The position numbers and the translations under genes are program-made. A DNA stretch of 33,551 bases from positions 1 to 33,551 of the forward strand of contig CAAFWB010000001.1 in the NCBI GenBank assembly GCA_900766395.1, given 5' to 3'. The stretch is from Clostridia bacterium (GTDB taxonomy: Bacteria; Bacillota; Clostridia; Christensenellales; UBA1242). The notes below the pieces were generated by a model, which made no database searches, was not told the DNA's origin, and saw only the letters and a list, made by a program, of their open reading frames with translations. Position 1 is the first letter of the stretch. Each line of letters begins with the position of its first letter. Shown in pieces: positions 26,015 through 33,551 of this stretch.

Positions 26015-28122
26015 AAAACTTATTGCTTGTTGGGAACCCAAACACAGGAAAGACAACATTTTTTAATACAATAACAAAGAGTGACGAGCACGTTGGGAAT
26101 TGGCATGGTGTCACAGTTGACGGAAAATCAAAAAAATTTAAATATAACTCAAAAGAATATGTGATGACTGACCTTCCGGGGACATACTCACTGACCACGT
26201 TGAGTTTTGAAGAACAAGTGACAGTGGACGCACTTCTTGAAAACAAAGAAGATGTTGTTGTCAACATTTGCGACATAAATAATCTTGAAAAAAACTTATA
26301 TCTCGTTTTGCAACTTGTGGAAGCAAAGCGTAAGTTTGTTTTGTTTGTTAATGACACAAACACAAAAAAGTGTCATGCCTCTTTTGATATAAAAAAATTG
26401 TCCAATATATTGGGTGTGCCAGTTGTTGTTGGGAATGCACAAAAAAAAGAATGTAAGAATTTATTAAATCAAATCGAAGACCAAGAAAGCACCCTCAAAA
26501 TTGATTATCTTGAAGGACTAGGTGTTGATAAAATTGAAAAAAACATTGCAGAAGAATGTTTGGCCGCGGGGCTTGATTCAAAGTGGTGCGCGATAAAATT
26601 ATGTGAAAATGATGATAAAATTGCAAAAAAACTTCAAATTTCACAACAAAAACAACAAATTATTGATGGTTTGAAACCAAAATTCAGTTGTTCACAAGTC
26701 GCAAGGGGACGATTTCGAAAAGTTAAACAAATTCTTAAAGAGTGCGATTACAAGAAAACAACACAGAATTCAAGACTTGGTTGGTTTGATAAAATTGCAA
26801 CCAACAAAGTGGCAGGAGTGCTTTTGTTTTTTGCACTCATGTTTAGTGTTTTCTATTTGACATTTTTTTCACTCGGCGCGTGGCTTGGTGACCTTGTTTG
26901 CAGACTTCTTGATTTGTCGCTTGGAAATGCTCTCACAAAACTTTGTGCGAACTGTCCACTTTGGGTGAAAGATTTTGCACTTGTCGGAGTGCTTGGCGGA
27001 CTTGAAACACTGCTTTCTTTTCTGCCACAAATTGTATTGTTGTTTTTGTTTTTGTCAATTTTGGAAGAAACGGGTTATATGTCACGCGTTGCGTTTTTGT
27101 TTGACGACATATTTTCAAAACTGGGACTTTCTGGCAAAAGCTCCTACACGCTAATCATGGGGTTTGGTTGTGCGACATCTGCGATTTTTACTGCCCGAAA
27201 CATGGAAGACAAAAACTCGCAAATAAAAACTGCCTTGCTCGCGCCTTTCATGAGCTGTTCGGCAAAACTTCCAATCTATCTCGTTTTGGGGGCGGCGTTT
27301 TTTGATGCAAAAAACATATTTGTTGTTTTCATTCTTTATTTGATTGGCATTTTTGTTTCTGTTTTGGTCGCACTATTGCTTGAAGCAAAACCTTTGAAAA
27401 GCAAGAGGCAAAGTTTTATTCTTGAATTTCCAGAATATCGCTTCCCGAGAATGAAAAAGATTCTTAAACTTGTTTGGAAAAATTTTGCATCATTCGTCAC
27501 TCGTGTTGGCGGAGTTTTGGTTTTTGTTAATATTATTGTTTGGTTTTTGCAATCTTTTTCGTTTTCGTTTCACTATGTTTCAACAGACGGTGGGCGAAGC
27601 ATCTTGGAGAGCCTCGGAAAGGTTTTGGCACCAGTGTTCATTCCGCTTGGTTTTGGCAACTGGGGTGCAGTGTCTGCACTTCTTGCTGGAGTTGTTGCAA
27701 AAGAGGTTGTTGTTTCATCAATTGCAATATTCAATGGCATGAGTGGGGCAAGTTCAAATCAAACAATTTCGATGACACTTCTCGACCCGCTTTCGCCAGT
27801 TCATTTCACACCTGCATCTTGTTTTAGTTTCTTGGTGTTTTGTCTTCTATATTGCCCATGCCTTTCAAGTATGGTTGTTCTCAAAAAAGAAATTGGGAGA
27901 AAATGGATGTGGCTTGCTCTTGTCATTCAACTTGTTTCTGCCTATGTTTTTGCTTTTGTTTTCTACACACTTTTTCTTGTGTTCACAAAGGTGGCAAAAT
28001 GGAAAATAATAACTGTCGCTTGCGTCATTATCATTGCAATATCATTTGTTGTGGTTTTGGTGAAAAGAAAAAAGAAAAAATGCAGTGCTTGTTGTGAGAA
28101 TTGCTCTGGTTGTGGCAAATAA
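26011..28122 (+). CDS. feoB: Ferrous iron transporter FeoB (N-terminal G-domain + polytopic permease) with a Cys-rich C-terminal tail
   Basis: LLVGNPNTGKTTFFN G1 motif, DLPGTYSL G3 motif, and a long membrane domain. The start is set at the ATG preceded by GAAGGTGAG. The ORF-track start 25840 lies inside feoA in another frame. Confidence 0.93.
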   Translation: MKNLLLVGNPNTGKTTFFNTITKSDEHVGNWHGVTVDGKSKKFKYNSKEYVMTDLPGTYSLTTLSFEEQVTVDALLENKEDVVVNICDINNLEKNLYLVLQLVEAKRKFVLFVNDTNTKKCHASFDIKKLSNILGVPVVVGNAQKKECKNLLNQIEDQESTLKIDYLEGLGVDKIEKNIAEECLAAGLDSKWCAIKLCENDDKIAKKLQISQQKQQIIDGLKPKFSCSQVARGRFRKVKQILKECDYKKTTQNSRLGWFDKIATNKVAGVLLFFALMFSVFYLTFFSLGAWLGDLVCRLLDLSLGNALTKLCANCPLWVKDFALVGVLGGLETLLSFLPQIVLLFLFLSILEETGYMSRVAFLFDDIFSKLGLSGKSSYTLIMGFGCATSAIFTARNMEDKNSQIKTALLAPFMSCSAKLPIYLVLGAAFFDAKNIFVVFILYLIGIFVSVLVALLLEAKPLKSKRQSFILEFPEYRFPRMKKILKLVWKNFASFVTRVGGVLVFVNIIVWFLQSFSFSFHYVSTDGGRSILESLGKVLAPVFIPLGFGNWGAVSALLAGVVAKEVVVSSIAIFNGMSGASSNQTISMTLLDPLSPVHFTPASCFSFLVFCLLYCPCLSSMVVLKKEIGRKWMWLALVIQLVSAYVFAFVFYTLFLVFTKVAKWKIITVACVIIIAISFVVVLVKRKKKKCSACCENCSGCGK

Positions 28123-28160
28123 AATCAAAAAATTTTATAAGTTAAATTTATTGTAAAATG

Positions 28161-28169
28161 TGCTATAAT
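28161..28169 (+). promoter_or_regulatory. Extended -10 promoter element upstream of der
   Basis: TGcTATAAT lies 39 nt upstream of the der ATG. The -35 region is weak (GTTAAA). Confidence 0.4.
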
Positions 28170-28207
28170 TATGTTAATATCTAATAGAAACATAAAAGGA
28201 TAAGTTT

Positions 28208-29530
28208 ATGAGAAAACCATTGGTTGCCATTGTTGGTCGCCCAAATGTTGGCAAAAGCACATTTTTTAATAAAATTTGTGGAAAGAGAATAAGCATTGTT
28301 GAAGACACACCTGGGGTCACTCGCGACCGAATTTATGGCGAGGGAGAATGGTGCGGCTATAATTTTTCTATTGTCGACACAGGCGGAATGGATTTTCGAA
28401 GTGATGATGTTTTTAATGGCGACATTTTGAGCCAAGCACAAATTGCAGTTGATCTTGCAGACGTTATTGTATTTATGGTTGACGGAAGAGAAGGCCTTTG
28501 TGCAAAAGACCATGACGTTGCAAATTATCTTCGCAAATGCAACAAACCTTGCGTTCTTGTTGTTAACAAACTTGATAGATTTGAAGTTGAAAACTCATAT
28601 GAATTTTATGAACTTGGAATTGGCGAACCCTATCCGATTTCTTGTGAACAAGCAAAAGGTCTTGGCGAAGTTTTGGACGCAATTGTTGAACATTTGCCAA
28701 AAGTTGATGAGGACGAGGTTGGCAAGGCACTTAAAATTGCCATTGTTGGACGTCCAAACGCTGGCAAAAGTTCGCTTACAAATGCGCTTATTGGCGAAAG
28801 CCGTGTGATTGTTAGCGATGTTGCAGGAACAACAAGAGATGCCATTGACACACCTTTTCGCTATGATGGAAAAGATTATATTCTTATTGATACCGCAGGG
28901 ATGCGCAAGAACAAAAGCGTCGACTATGGCACAGTTGAAAGTTATAGCGTGATTCGTTCAATGGAAGCAATAAAGCGTGCAGATGTCGTTTTGATTGTGA
29001 TTGATGCAACGCAGCCTGTCAGCGAGCAAGATGTTCGAATTTGTGGTTATGTTCACGAAGAGGGCAAGCCAAGTGTTATTGTCATGAACAAATGGGACAC
29101 AGTAAGCAAAGATGATAAAACAATAAACAAATACAAAAAAATGCTTGACGAAAAACTTGCTTTCATGGATTATTATCAACCGCTTTTCATTTCGGCACTA
29201 ACAAAAAAACGTGTTGGAGAAGTGATGCCGATGGTCGAACAAGTTTACGCTCACGCAAGTCACCGCATTTCAACTGGCGTTATAAATCAGATTTTGCAAG
29301 AGGCAATCATGGCGAACGAGCCTCCAATGAGAAATGGAAGAAAACTCAAAATCAACTATGCAACTCAGGCTTCAACCAATCCTCCAACCTTTGTTTTCTT
29401 TTGCAATGATCCAGAGCTTGCACATTTTTCTTATATTCGCTATCTTGAAAACAGAATTCGCACATCAGTTGACTTTTCTGGCACACCGATTAAACTTGTT
29501 ATGAAAGGAAAAGACGAAAAGGATATTTAA
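28208..29530 (+). CDS. der: Ribosome-biogenesis GTPase Der/EngA (tandem G-domains + KH-like domain)
   Basis: Two P-loops, GRPNVGKSTFFN and GRPNAGKSSLTN, each followed by DTGG/DTAG and NKLD/NKWD motifs. Confidence 0.95.
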   Translation: MRKPLVAIVGRPNVGKSTFFNKICGKRISIVEDTPGVTRDRIYGEGEWCGYNFSIVDTGGMDFRSDDVFNGDILSQAQIAVDLADVIVFMVDGREGLCAKDHDVANYLRKCNKPCVLVVNKLDRFEVENSYEFYELGIGEPYPISCEQAKGLGEVLDAIVEHLPKVDEDEVGKALKIAIVGRPNAGKSSLTNALIGESRVIVSDVAGTTRDAIDTPFRYDGKDYILIDTAGMRKNKSVDYGTVESYSVIRSMEAIKRADVVLIVIDATQPVSEQDVRICGYVHEEGKPSVIVMNKWDTVSKDDKTINKYKKMLDEKLAFMDYYQPLFISALTKKRVGEVMPMVEQVYAHASHRISTGVINQILQEAIMANEPPMRNGRKLKINYATQASTNPPTFVFFCNDPELAHFSYIRYLENRIRTSVDFSGTPIKLVMKGKDEKDI

Positions 29531-30219
29531 TGACAATTTTGAAATGGGTTCTTTTGATTATTTTGTCTTATGCGCTTGGCAATATCAGTGTTGCCAGAAT
29601 TATTTCACGCATCAAAAAAGACGACATAACAAAGCATGGCAGCGGAAACCCTGGAACAATGAACATGATTCGAACTTTTGGGGTTGGAACTGGACTTTTA
29701 ACTTTGTTTTTTGACTGCCTCAAAGGTGCACTCCCAGCACTTGCGGGATACCTTTTGTTTCGAGGAGATGGCGTGATTATGGCAAACACCGCTTTGTATG
29801 CAGCTGGGCTTGCCGTTGTGTTTGGGCATATGTATCCCGTGGTATATAAGTTTAAAGGCGGAAAAAGTGTTGCCTGTGCACTTGGAATTTTCTGTGTTGC
29901 AAATCCAATCCTTCTTGTCTGTGTTTTCTGTGCATCAATTTTATATTTATATTTTTTTGATTATGGAGCTGTGTTCTCGTTTATCGTGCTAACCATTTGC
30001 ACAGCGGTTGAGGCAATTAGTTTTCAAGGAAACTTGGCAATATCCTTGCTTCTTGCAGCGATGTATTTCTTGATTATATTTGCACATAGAAAAAATATTT
30101 TCCGATTGTTAGTTGGTGAAGAAAACAAAGTTAATCTCAAGAAGTCACTTAAAAAGCTTCTCAAAAAAGACAGGGTGAAAGAAACCAAGAAAGAACAGAA
30201 AGAAAAAGAAATTGGTTAA
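29530..30219 (+). CDS. plsY: Acyl-phosphate:glycerol-3-phosphate acyltransferase PlsY, with a ~30-aa Lys-rich C-terminal extension
   Basis: SGNPGTMN, DCLKGALP and KGGKSVA motifs. The start overlaps the der stop (TAATG). Confidence 0.92.
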   Translation: MTILKWVLLIILSYALGNISVARIISRIKKDDITKHGSGNPGTMNMIRTFGVGTGLLTLFFDCLKGALPALAGYLLFRGDGVIMANTALYAAGLAVVFGHMYPVVYKFKGGKSVACALGIFCVANPILLVCVFCASILYLYFFDYGAVFSFIVLTICTAVEAISFQGNLAISLLLAAMYFLIIFAHRKNIFRLLVGEENKVNLKKSLKKLLKKDRVKETKKEQKEKEIG

Positions 30220-30266
30220 AACGATTTCTTTTTTTATGCCAACAAAACTGTTAATCAAATTTGCTA

Positions 30267-30295
30267 TCATATCTTTTTTGGAAGCAACATACATT
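30267..30295 (+). promoter_or_regulatory. Sigma-E-type (mother-cell) promoter upstream of spoIVA
   Basis: TCATATC (30267-30273) - 14 nt - CATACATT (30288-30295). The consensus is kmATATT-N14-CATACAhT. Confidence 0.6.
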
Positions 30296-30320
30296 ACCTT
30301 GATTACACATGGAGGTATGT

Positions 30321-31799
30321 ATGGAGAAATTCGATTTATATAACGATATTTCTAGGCGAACAAACGGCGACATATATGTTGGCGTTGTTGGGCCTGTTCG
30401 ATGTGGCAAAAGCACATTTATAACAAAATTTATGAAAACACTTGTGTTGCCAAACATCAAAGACAAAAACGAACAACAACGGGCGGTTGATGAACTCCCA
30501 CAGAGTGCTGATGGAAAAACAATCATGACAACTCAACCTCGCTTTGTGCCAAATGAAGCGGTCGAAATCAAAGTTGATGACAGCACTGAACTCAATGTTC
30601 GCATGATTGACTGTGTTGGCTATCTTGTTTCTGGTGCTCTTGGGCACACCGAAGGCGAAAAGCAAAGACTTGTCAAAACACCTTGGAGCGAAGAGGAAAT
30701 GCCTTTTGAAGAGGCAGCAGAACTCGGAACAAAAAAAGTTATTGAAGAACACTCAACCATTGCAGTTGCAATGACAACTGACGGAAGCATTGGGGATATT
30801 GAAAGAAGCGCCTACATTGAAAGCGAAGAGCGAGTTATGGCAGAGCTTCGTGGCAAAAGCAAACCACATGTTCTTGTCGTCAACACAACAAAGCCCAAAG
30901 ACGATTCAACAAAAAAACTTGTTGCTTCCCTTGAAAAGAAATATGATGTTCCCGTGCTTGCAATCAATGTTCTTGAAATGACAGAAGGGGATATTGACAA
31001 AATCTTTGAAAAAATCTTACTCGAATTTCCAATCAAATCAATTGAAGTTGATATGCCAGATTGGATGCGTGCTCTTGACTATTCGGACGACATAATAAAA
31101 GAGGTTGCCAATGAAATTTCGACATTCGGCGAAGGTGTCACAAAAATTGGTCAAATCGACAAGGCGAGTGCGTGCTTTGTGACAAGTGAAAACTTTGAGC
31201 CAACCACACTTTCAAAAATAAAAATGGGCGAAGGTAAAGTTGTGATTTCGGTCACACCAAAACCAGAGCTTTTCTACAGAGTTCTTTCTCGTCAATGTGG
31301 CGAAGATATTTGCGACGATTTTCATCTCATATCATATGTCAAAACGCTTGCTCATGCAAAACAAGAGTATGACAAAATTCAACAAGCGCTTATTGATGTT
31401 GAAGAAAAAGGTTATGGAATTGTCACACCAAAACTTGAAGATATGAGCCTTGAAGATCCAAAAATTGTTCGTCAAGGAAGTCGATTTGGGGTCAAGCTCA
31501 AAGCATCTGCTCCAAGCCTTCACATCATGAAGGTTGACATCGAAACAGAAATTAATCCACTTGTTGGCACAGAACAACAAAGCGAAGAACTTGTCAAATA
31601 TCTTATGAGTGAGTTTGAAAATAATCCTCAATCAATTTGGGAAACAAACATGTTTGGCAAAAGTTTGCATATGCTCGTGAATGAGGGCATCAACACAAAA
31701 GTTAATGCAATGCCAGTTGAAGCACAAAGAAAAATACGCAAGACTCTTGGCAAAATTGTCAATGAGGGGAAGGGCGGCATAATCTGCATTTTGCTCTAA
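30321..31799 (+). CDS. spoIVA: Stage IV sporulation protein A (spore-coat basement-layer ATPase)
   Basis: DIYVGVVGPVRCGKSTFITKFM Walker A region and ELPQSADGKTIMTTQPRFVPNEAVEI, ~490 aa. The start is set at the ATG after the GGAGG RBS. Confidence 0.95.
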   Translation: MEKFDLYNDISRRTNGDIYVGVVGPVRCGKSTFITKFMKTLVLPNIKDKNEQQRAVDELPQSADGKTIMTTQPRFVPNEAVEIKVDDSTELNVRMIDCVGYLVSGALGHTEGEKQRLVKTPWSEEEMPFEEAAELGTKKVIEEHSTIAVAMTTDGSIGDIERSAYIESEERVMAELRGKSKPHVLVVNTTKPKDDSTKKLVASLEKKYDVPVLAINVLEMTEGDIDKIFEKILLEFPIKSIEVDMPDWMRALDYSDDIIKEVANEISTFGEGVTKIGQIDKASACFVTSENFEPTTLSKIKMGEGKVVISVTPKPELFYRVLSRQCGEDICDDFHLISYVKTLAHAKQEYDKIQQALIDVEEKGYGIVTPKLEDMSLEDPKIVRQGSRFGVKLKASAPSLHIMKVDIETEINPLVGTEQQSEELVKYLMSEFENNPQSIWETNMFGKSLHMLVNEGINTKVNAMPVEAQRKIRKTLGKIVNEGKGGIICILL

Positions 31800-31834
31800 T
31801 TGACGAAAACAACATCAAAAACTCTTAAAAACAC

Positions 31835-31885
31835 AAAAAATTGCAAAAATTTCGAGAAAATATGTGAAATTCTTGCAATTTTTTT
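31835..31885 (+). terminator. Long imperfect hairpin terminator after spoIVA
   Basis: Outer stem AAAAAATTGCAA...TTGCAATTTTTT, with inner pairing AATTTC...GAAATT, followed by T residues. Confidence 0.65.
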
Positions 31886-31911
31886 GTTAAAAATAAATTT
31901 CCTTTCATTGT

Positions 31912-31940
31912 TTGGAGAAGTTCAAAAATTGTGATATAAT
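31912..31940 (+). promoter_or_regulatory. Sigma-A promoter candidate (extended -10) for the three-gene operon
   Basis: TTGGAG - 17 nt - TATAAT, with TG at the extended position (TGaTATAAT). Confidence 0.5.
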
Positions 31941-31959
31941 ATTCTTATATGGAGGACAG

Positions 31960-32442
31960 ATGAAAGAAAAACCAACTCCACAAACATTTCAAAAACAATG
32001 CGATGTTCCACCAAAAGAACTGGCAAATATATATCTAAGACATTTTGGCGTGATATTTTCCAACATATCAATTGTTGGACTGATTGTTGGTTGCATGGCT
32101 GCACTTTCATCAATTATGGTTGTGTTTTGTTCGGCACTAACAGTGCTGATTTTGGTGATGGGAATTATGGTTTCACTTGGCACGGTTTTTGTCATCATTC
32201 CAAATTATTGGTCGTTGTTTGGCAGAGCAACAAAAGTTTTGGAGTGGTTCCCAGTTGCAAAACTTTTTAATGCTGCCTTATATATTATCCCAATATCCAT
32301 GGCGTTGTCTGTGGTGTCAATCGTTATGCTCGCATTTGACAAACAAAAGAAGCACACAGGACGAATTGTTTTTTCAAGCATTGTGCTGGGGCTGTTGCTG
32401 ATTGTCTTTATTGCACTTCTTGTTAAAGGAGGTGTGCAATGA
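31960..32442 (+). CDS. Hypothetical polytopic membrane protein (160 aa, ~4 TM helices)
   Basis: GGAGGA RBS and ATG. Hydrophobic segments include ISIVGLIVGCMAALSSIMVVF, LTVLILVMGIMVSLGTVFVII, ALYIIPISMALSVVSIVMLAF and IVFSSIVLGLLLIVFIALLV. Its stop overlaps the next start (ATGA). Confidence 0.7.
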   Translation: MKEKPTPQTFQKQCDVPPKELANIYLRHFGVIFSNISIVGLIVGCMAALSSIMVVFCSALTVLILVMGIMVSLGTVFVIIPNYWSLFGRATKVLEWFPVAKLFNAALYIIPISMALSVVSIVMLAFDKQKKHTGRIVFSSIVLGLLLIVFIALLVKGGVQ

Positions 32443-32951
32443 AACAGTTTAATCTAAAACTGACCAATGTGGGAAACGCAAGTCCATCAATCCTGATTGA
32501 CGGAAAACCCATCAAAGCAAAGAAAAATGCGTTTGGAAATATTGAGTATAGTTGCCAAACCGAAAAAGATTCGGTCAATGTCGTCATAAAAAGATATTTG
32601 GAACTTGGAAGTCGACATTGGTTTTGGATGGGAATTGTGTTTTTGATTATAAGTGTGTTTGGAATTTTTGACACGCGATATAGCAAGTCAACTCAAACAA
32701 TATCGTTTGAAGCAAATATCCCGCTTGATAATGATGTCACAAACTTTGAAGGAAAACTTGCGTCAAGTGCGGACGGCAATGCGGTTGAGTATAAGTGCAG
32801 TGGCGAAGTTGTTAAAATTGCGAATGAGATTGAAGATAATCCAAAAATCAAAAAACGCAGAAAAATTATGCTTGCACTACGAATCATTATGATTATTGCT
32901 TTTGTGGCAACTCTTGCTGGTGTTCTCATAAGCAAATTTATTGGAGGTTGA
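32439..32951 (+). CDS. Hypothetical membrane protein (170 aa, 2 TM helices flanking a soluble loop)
   Basis: AGGAGG RBS. TM helices are WFWMGIVFLIISVFGIF and IMLALRIIMIIAFVATLAGVLI. The next start follows 1 nt after its stop. Confidence 0.7.
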   Translation: MKQFNLKLTNVGNASPSILIDGKPIKAKKNAFGNIEYSCQTEKDSVNVVIKRYLELGSRHWFWMGIVFLIISVFGIFDTRYSKSTQTISFEANIPLDNDVTNFEGKLASSADGNAVEYKCSGEVVKIANEIEDNPKIKKRRKIMLALRIIMIIAFVATLAGVLISKFIGG

Positions 32952-32952
32952 T

Positions 32953-33441
32953 ATGATTGTTATTGTTAGAAACAAAGTTTTTTCTCTCACGGGAAGTTCA
33001 ACTGTGAAAGACGAAGCGGGGAAAGATGTTTATAGGGTTAAAGGAAAGTTGAGACTTTTTAGCCCAACCCGCAAGAAAAAAATATATGATATGGACAAAA
33101 AACTTCTTTATGTTGTCCGAAACAAATGGTTCAACTGGTTCTTGCATCGAGCATTCATTTTTGACGGACACAAAAACAAAATTTGCACTCTAAAAAATCA
33201 AATTCGTGTCAAAGGCAAAAAGTTTGTTGTTGAAAATTCTGAAGACGAAATCTCAATTGACGGCAACTTCATGAATTGGAATTTGGAAGTCATGAAGAAT
33301 GGTGAAAGAATTGCGACCATAAAACGAGAATTTGATGTTTTTGATAGATTTCGAGTTGAGGCGAGCGAAGAAGATATGCCGTTTGTTGTTGCACTTGTTA
33401 TTGCCATGGATAACATAAACGACAAAAGGACGTCAACATAA
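32953..33441 (+). CDS. LURP-one-related (LOR/DUF567, tubby C-terminal-like fold) family protein
   Basis: The segments VFSLTGSSTVKDEAGKDVYRVKGKLRLFSPTRKKKIYDMDKKLLYVVRNK...IDGNFMNWNLEVMKNGERIATIKREF...DRFRVEASEEDMPFVVALVIAMDNI match the family's repeated beta-hairpin pattern and its C-terminal hydrophobic helix. GGAGG RBS. Confidence 0.7.
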   Translation: MIVIVRNKVFSLTGSSTVKDEAGKDVYRVKGKLRLFSPTRKKKIYDMDKKLLYVVRNKWFNWFLHRAFIFDGHKNKICTLKNQIRVKGKKFVVENSEDEISIDGNFMNWNLEVMKNGERIATIKREFDVFDRFRVEASEEDMPFVVALVIAMDNINDKRTST

Positions 33442-33446
33442 AAAAC

Positions 33447-33471
33447 AAAAGGGCAGGGAACTGCTCTTTTT
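33447..33471 (+). terminator. Rho-independent terminator after the three-gene operon
   Basis: AAAGGGCAG-GGAA-CTGCTCTTT followed by TT. Confidence 0.75.
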
Positions 33472-33525
33472 CATATCTCAAACACTTGACAAAAACCCAC
33501 AAAACATATATTCTACAATATGTTT

Positions 33526-33551
33526 GCGGGTATGGCGGAATTGGTAGACGC
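33526..33551 (+). tRNA. 5' portion of a tRNA-Leu (truncated by the window edge)
   Basis: GCGGGTATGGCGGAATTGGTAGACGC gives an acceptor stem, then TG, then D-arm GCGG-AATTGGTAGA-CGC, typical of bacterial class II tRNA-Leu. TTGACA (33486-33491) and TACAAT (33514-33519) lie upstream, with non-ideal spacing. Confidence 0.65.

Noticed and set aside
30251-30526. A 91-aa minus-strand ORF across the spoIVA promoter and 5' end.
   Set aside because: It is antisense to a strongly supported gene, and it has no expression signals or recognisable sequence.

Overview
The window is a low-GC chromosomal segment from an endospore-forming Firmicute (Clostridia-like). Almost every gene is on the + strand and nearly all have strong GGAGG-type ribosome-binding sites. 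From left to right it contains four blocks.

(1) The 3' end of a low-molecular-weight protein phosphatase gene, then rpiB, a degenerate glycosyltransferase-like membrane protein, an E. coli/eukaryote-type GAPDH, and a 984-aa CvpA-domain membrane protein.

(2) A trimmed division/cell-wall (dcw) cluster: rsmH, an FtsL-position protein, a class B PBP with one PASTA domain, murE, mraY, murD and ftsW/spoVE. A ~3.4 kb A+T-rich insertion follows, then murA, ftsQ/divIB, ftsA and ftsZ.

(3) The sporulation block spoIIGA-sigE-sigG-ylmC/ymxH, followed by nrdR, feoA-feoB, der, plsY and spoIVA.

(4) A translationally coupled three-gene operon (two small membrane proteins plus a LURP-one-related/DUF567 protein), then the 5' end of a tRNA-Leu.

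I recognise no CRISPR array, transposase, integrase, phage gene or known defence system. Nothing here can be shown from sequence alone to be a new system. The best candidates for follow-up are:
- the insertion that splits the dcw cluster: an orphan minus-strand gene, decayed gene fragments, and a NUDIX / InlB-B-repeat lipoprotein / CYTH trio;
- the CvpA-fusion giant protein that sits where mraZ normally lies;
- the spoIVA-adjacent membrane/LURP-one triad;
- several regulatory oddities: Spo0A-box-like repeats and apparently leaderless starts at spoIIGA and the ftsL-like gene, and a palindrome/terminator hairpin that contains the feoA start codon.
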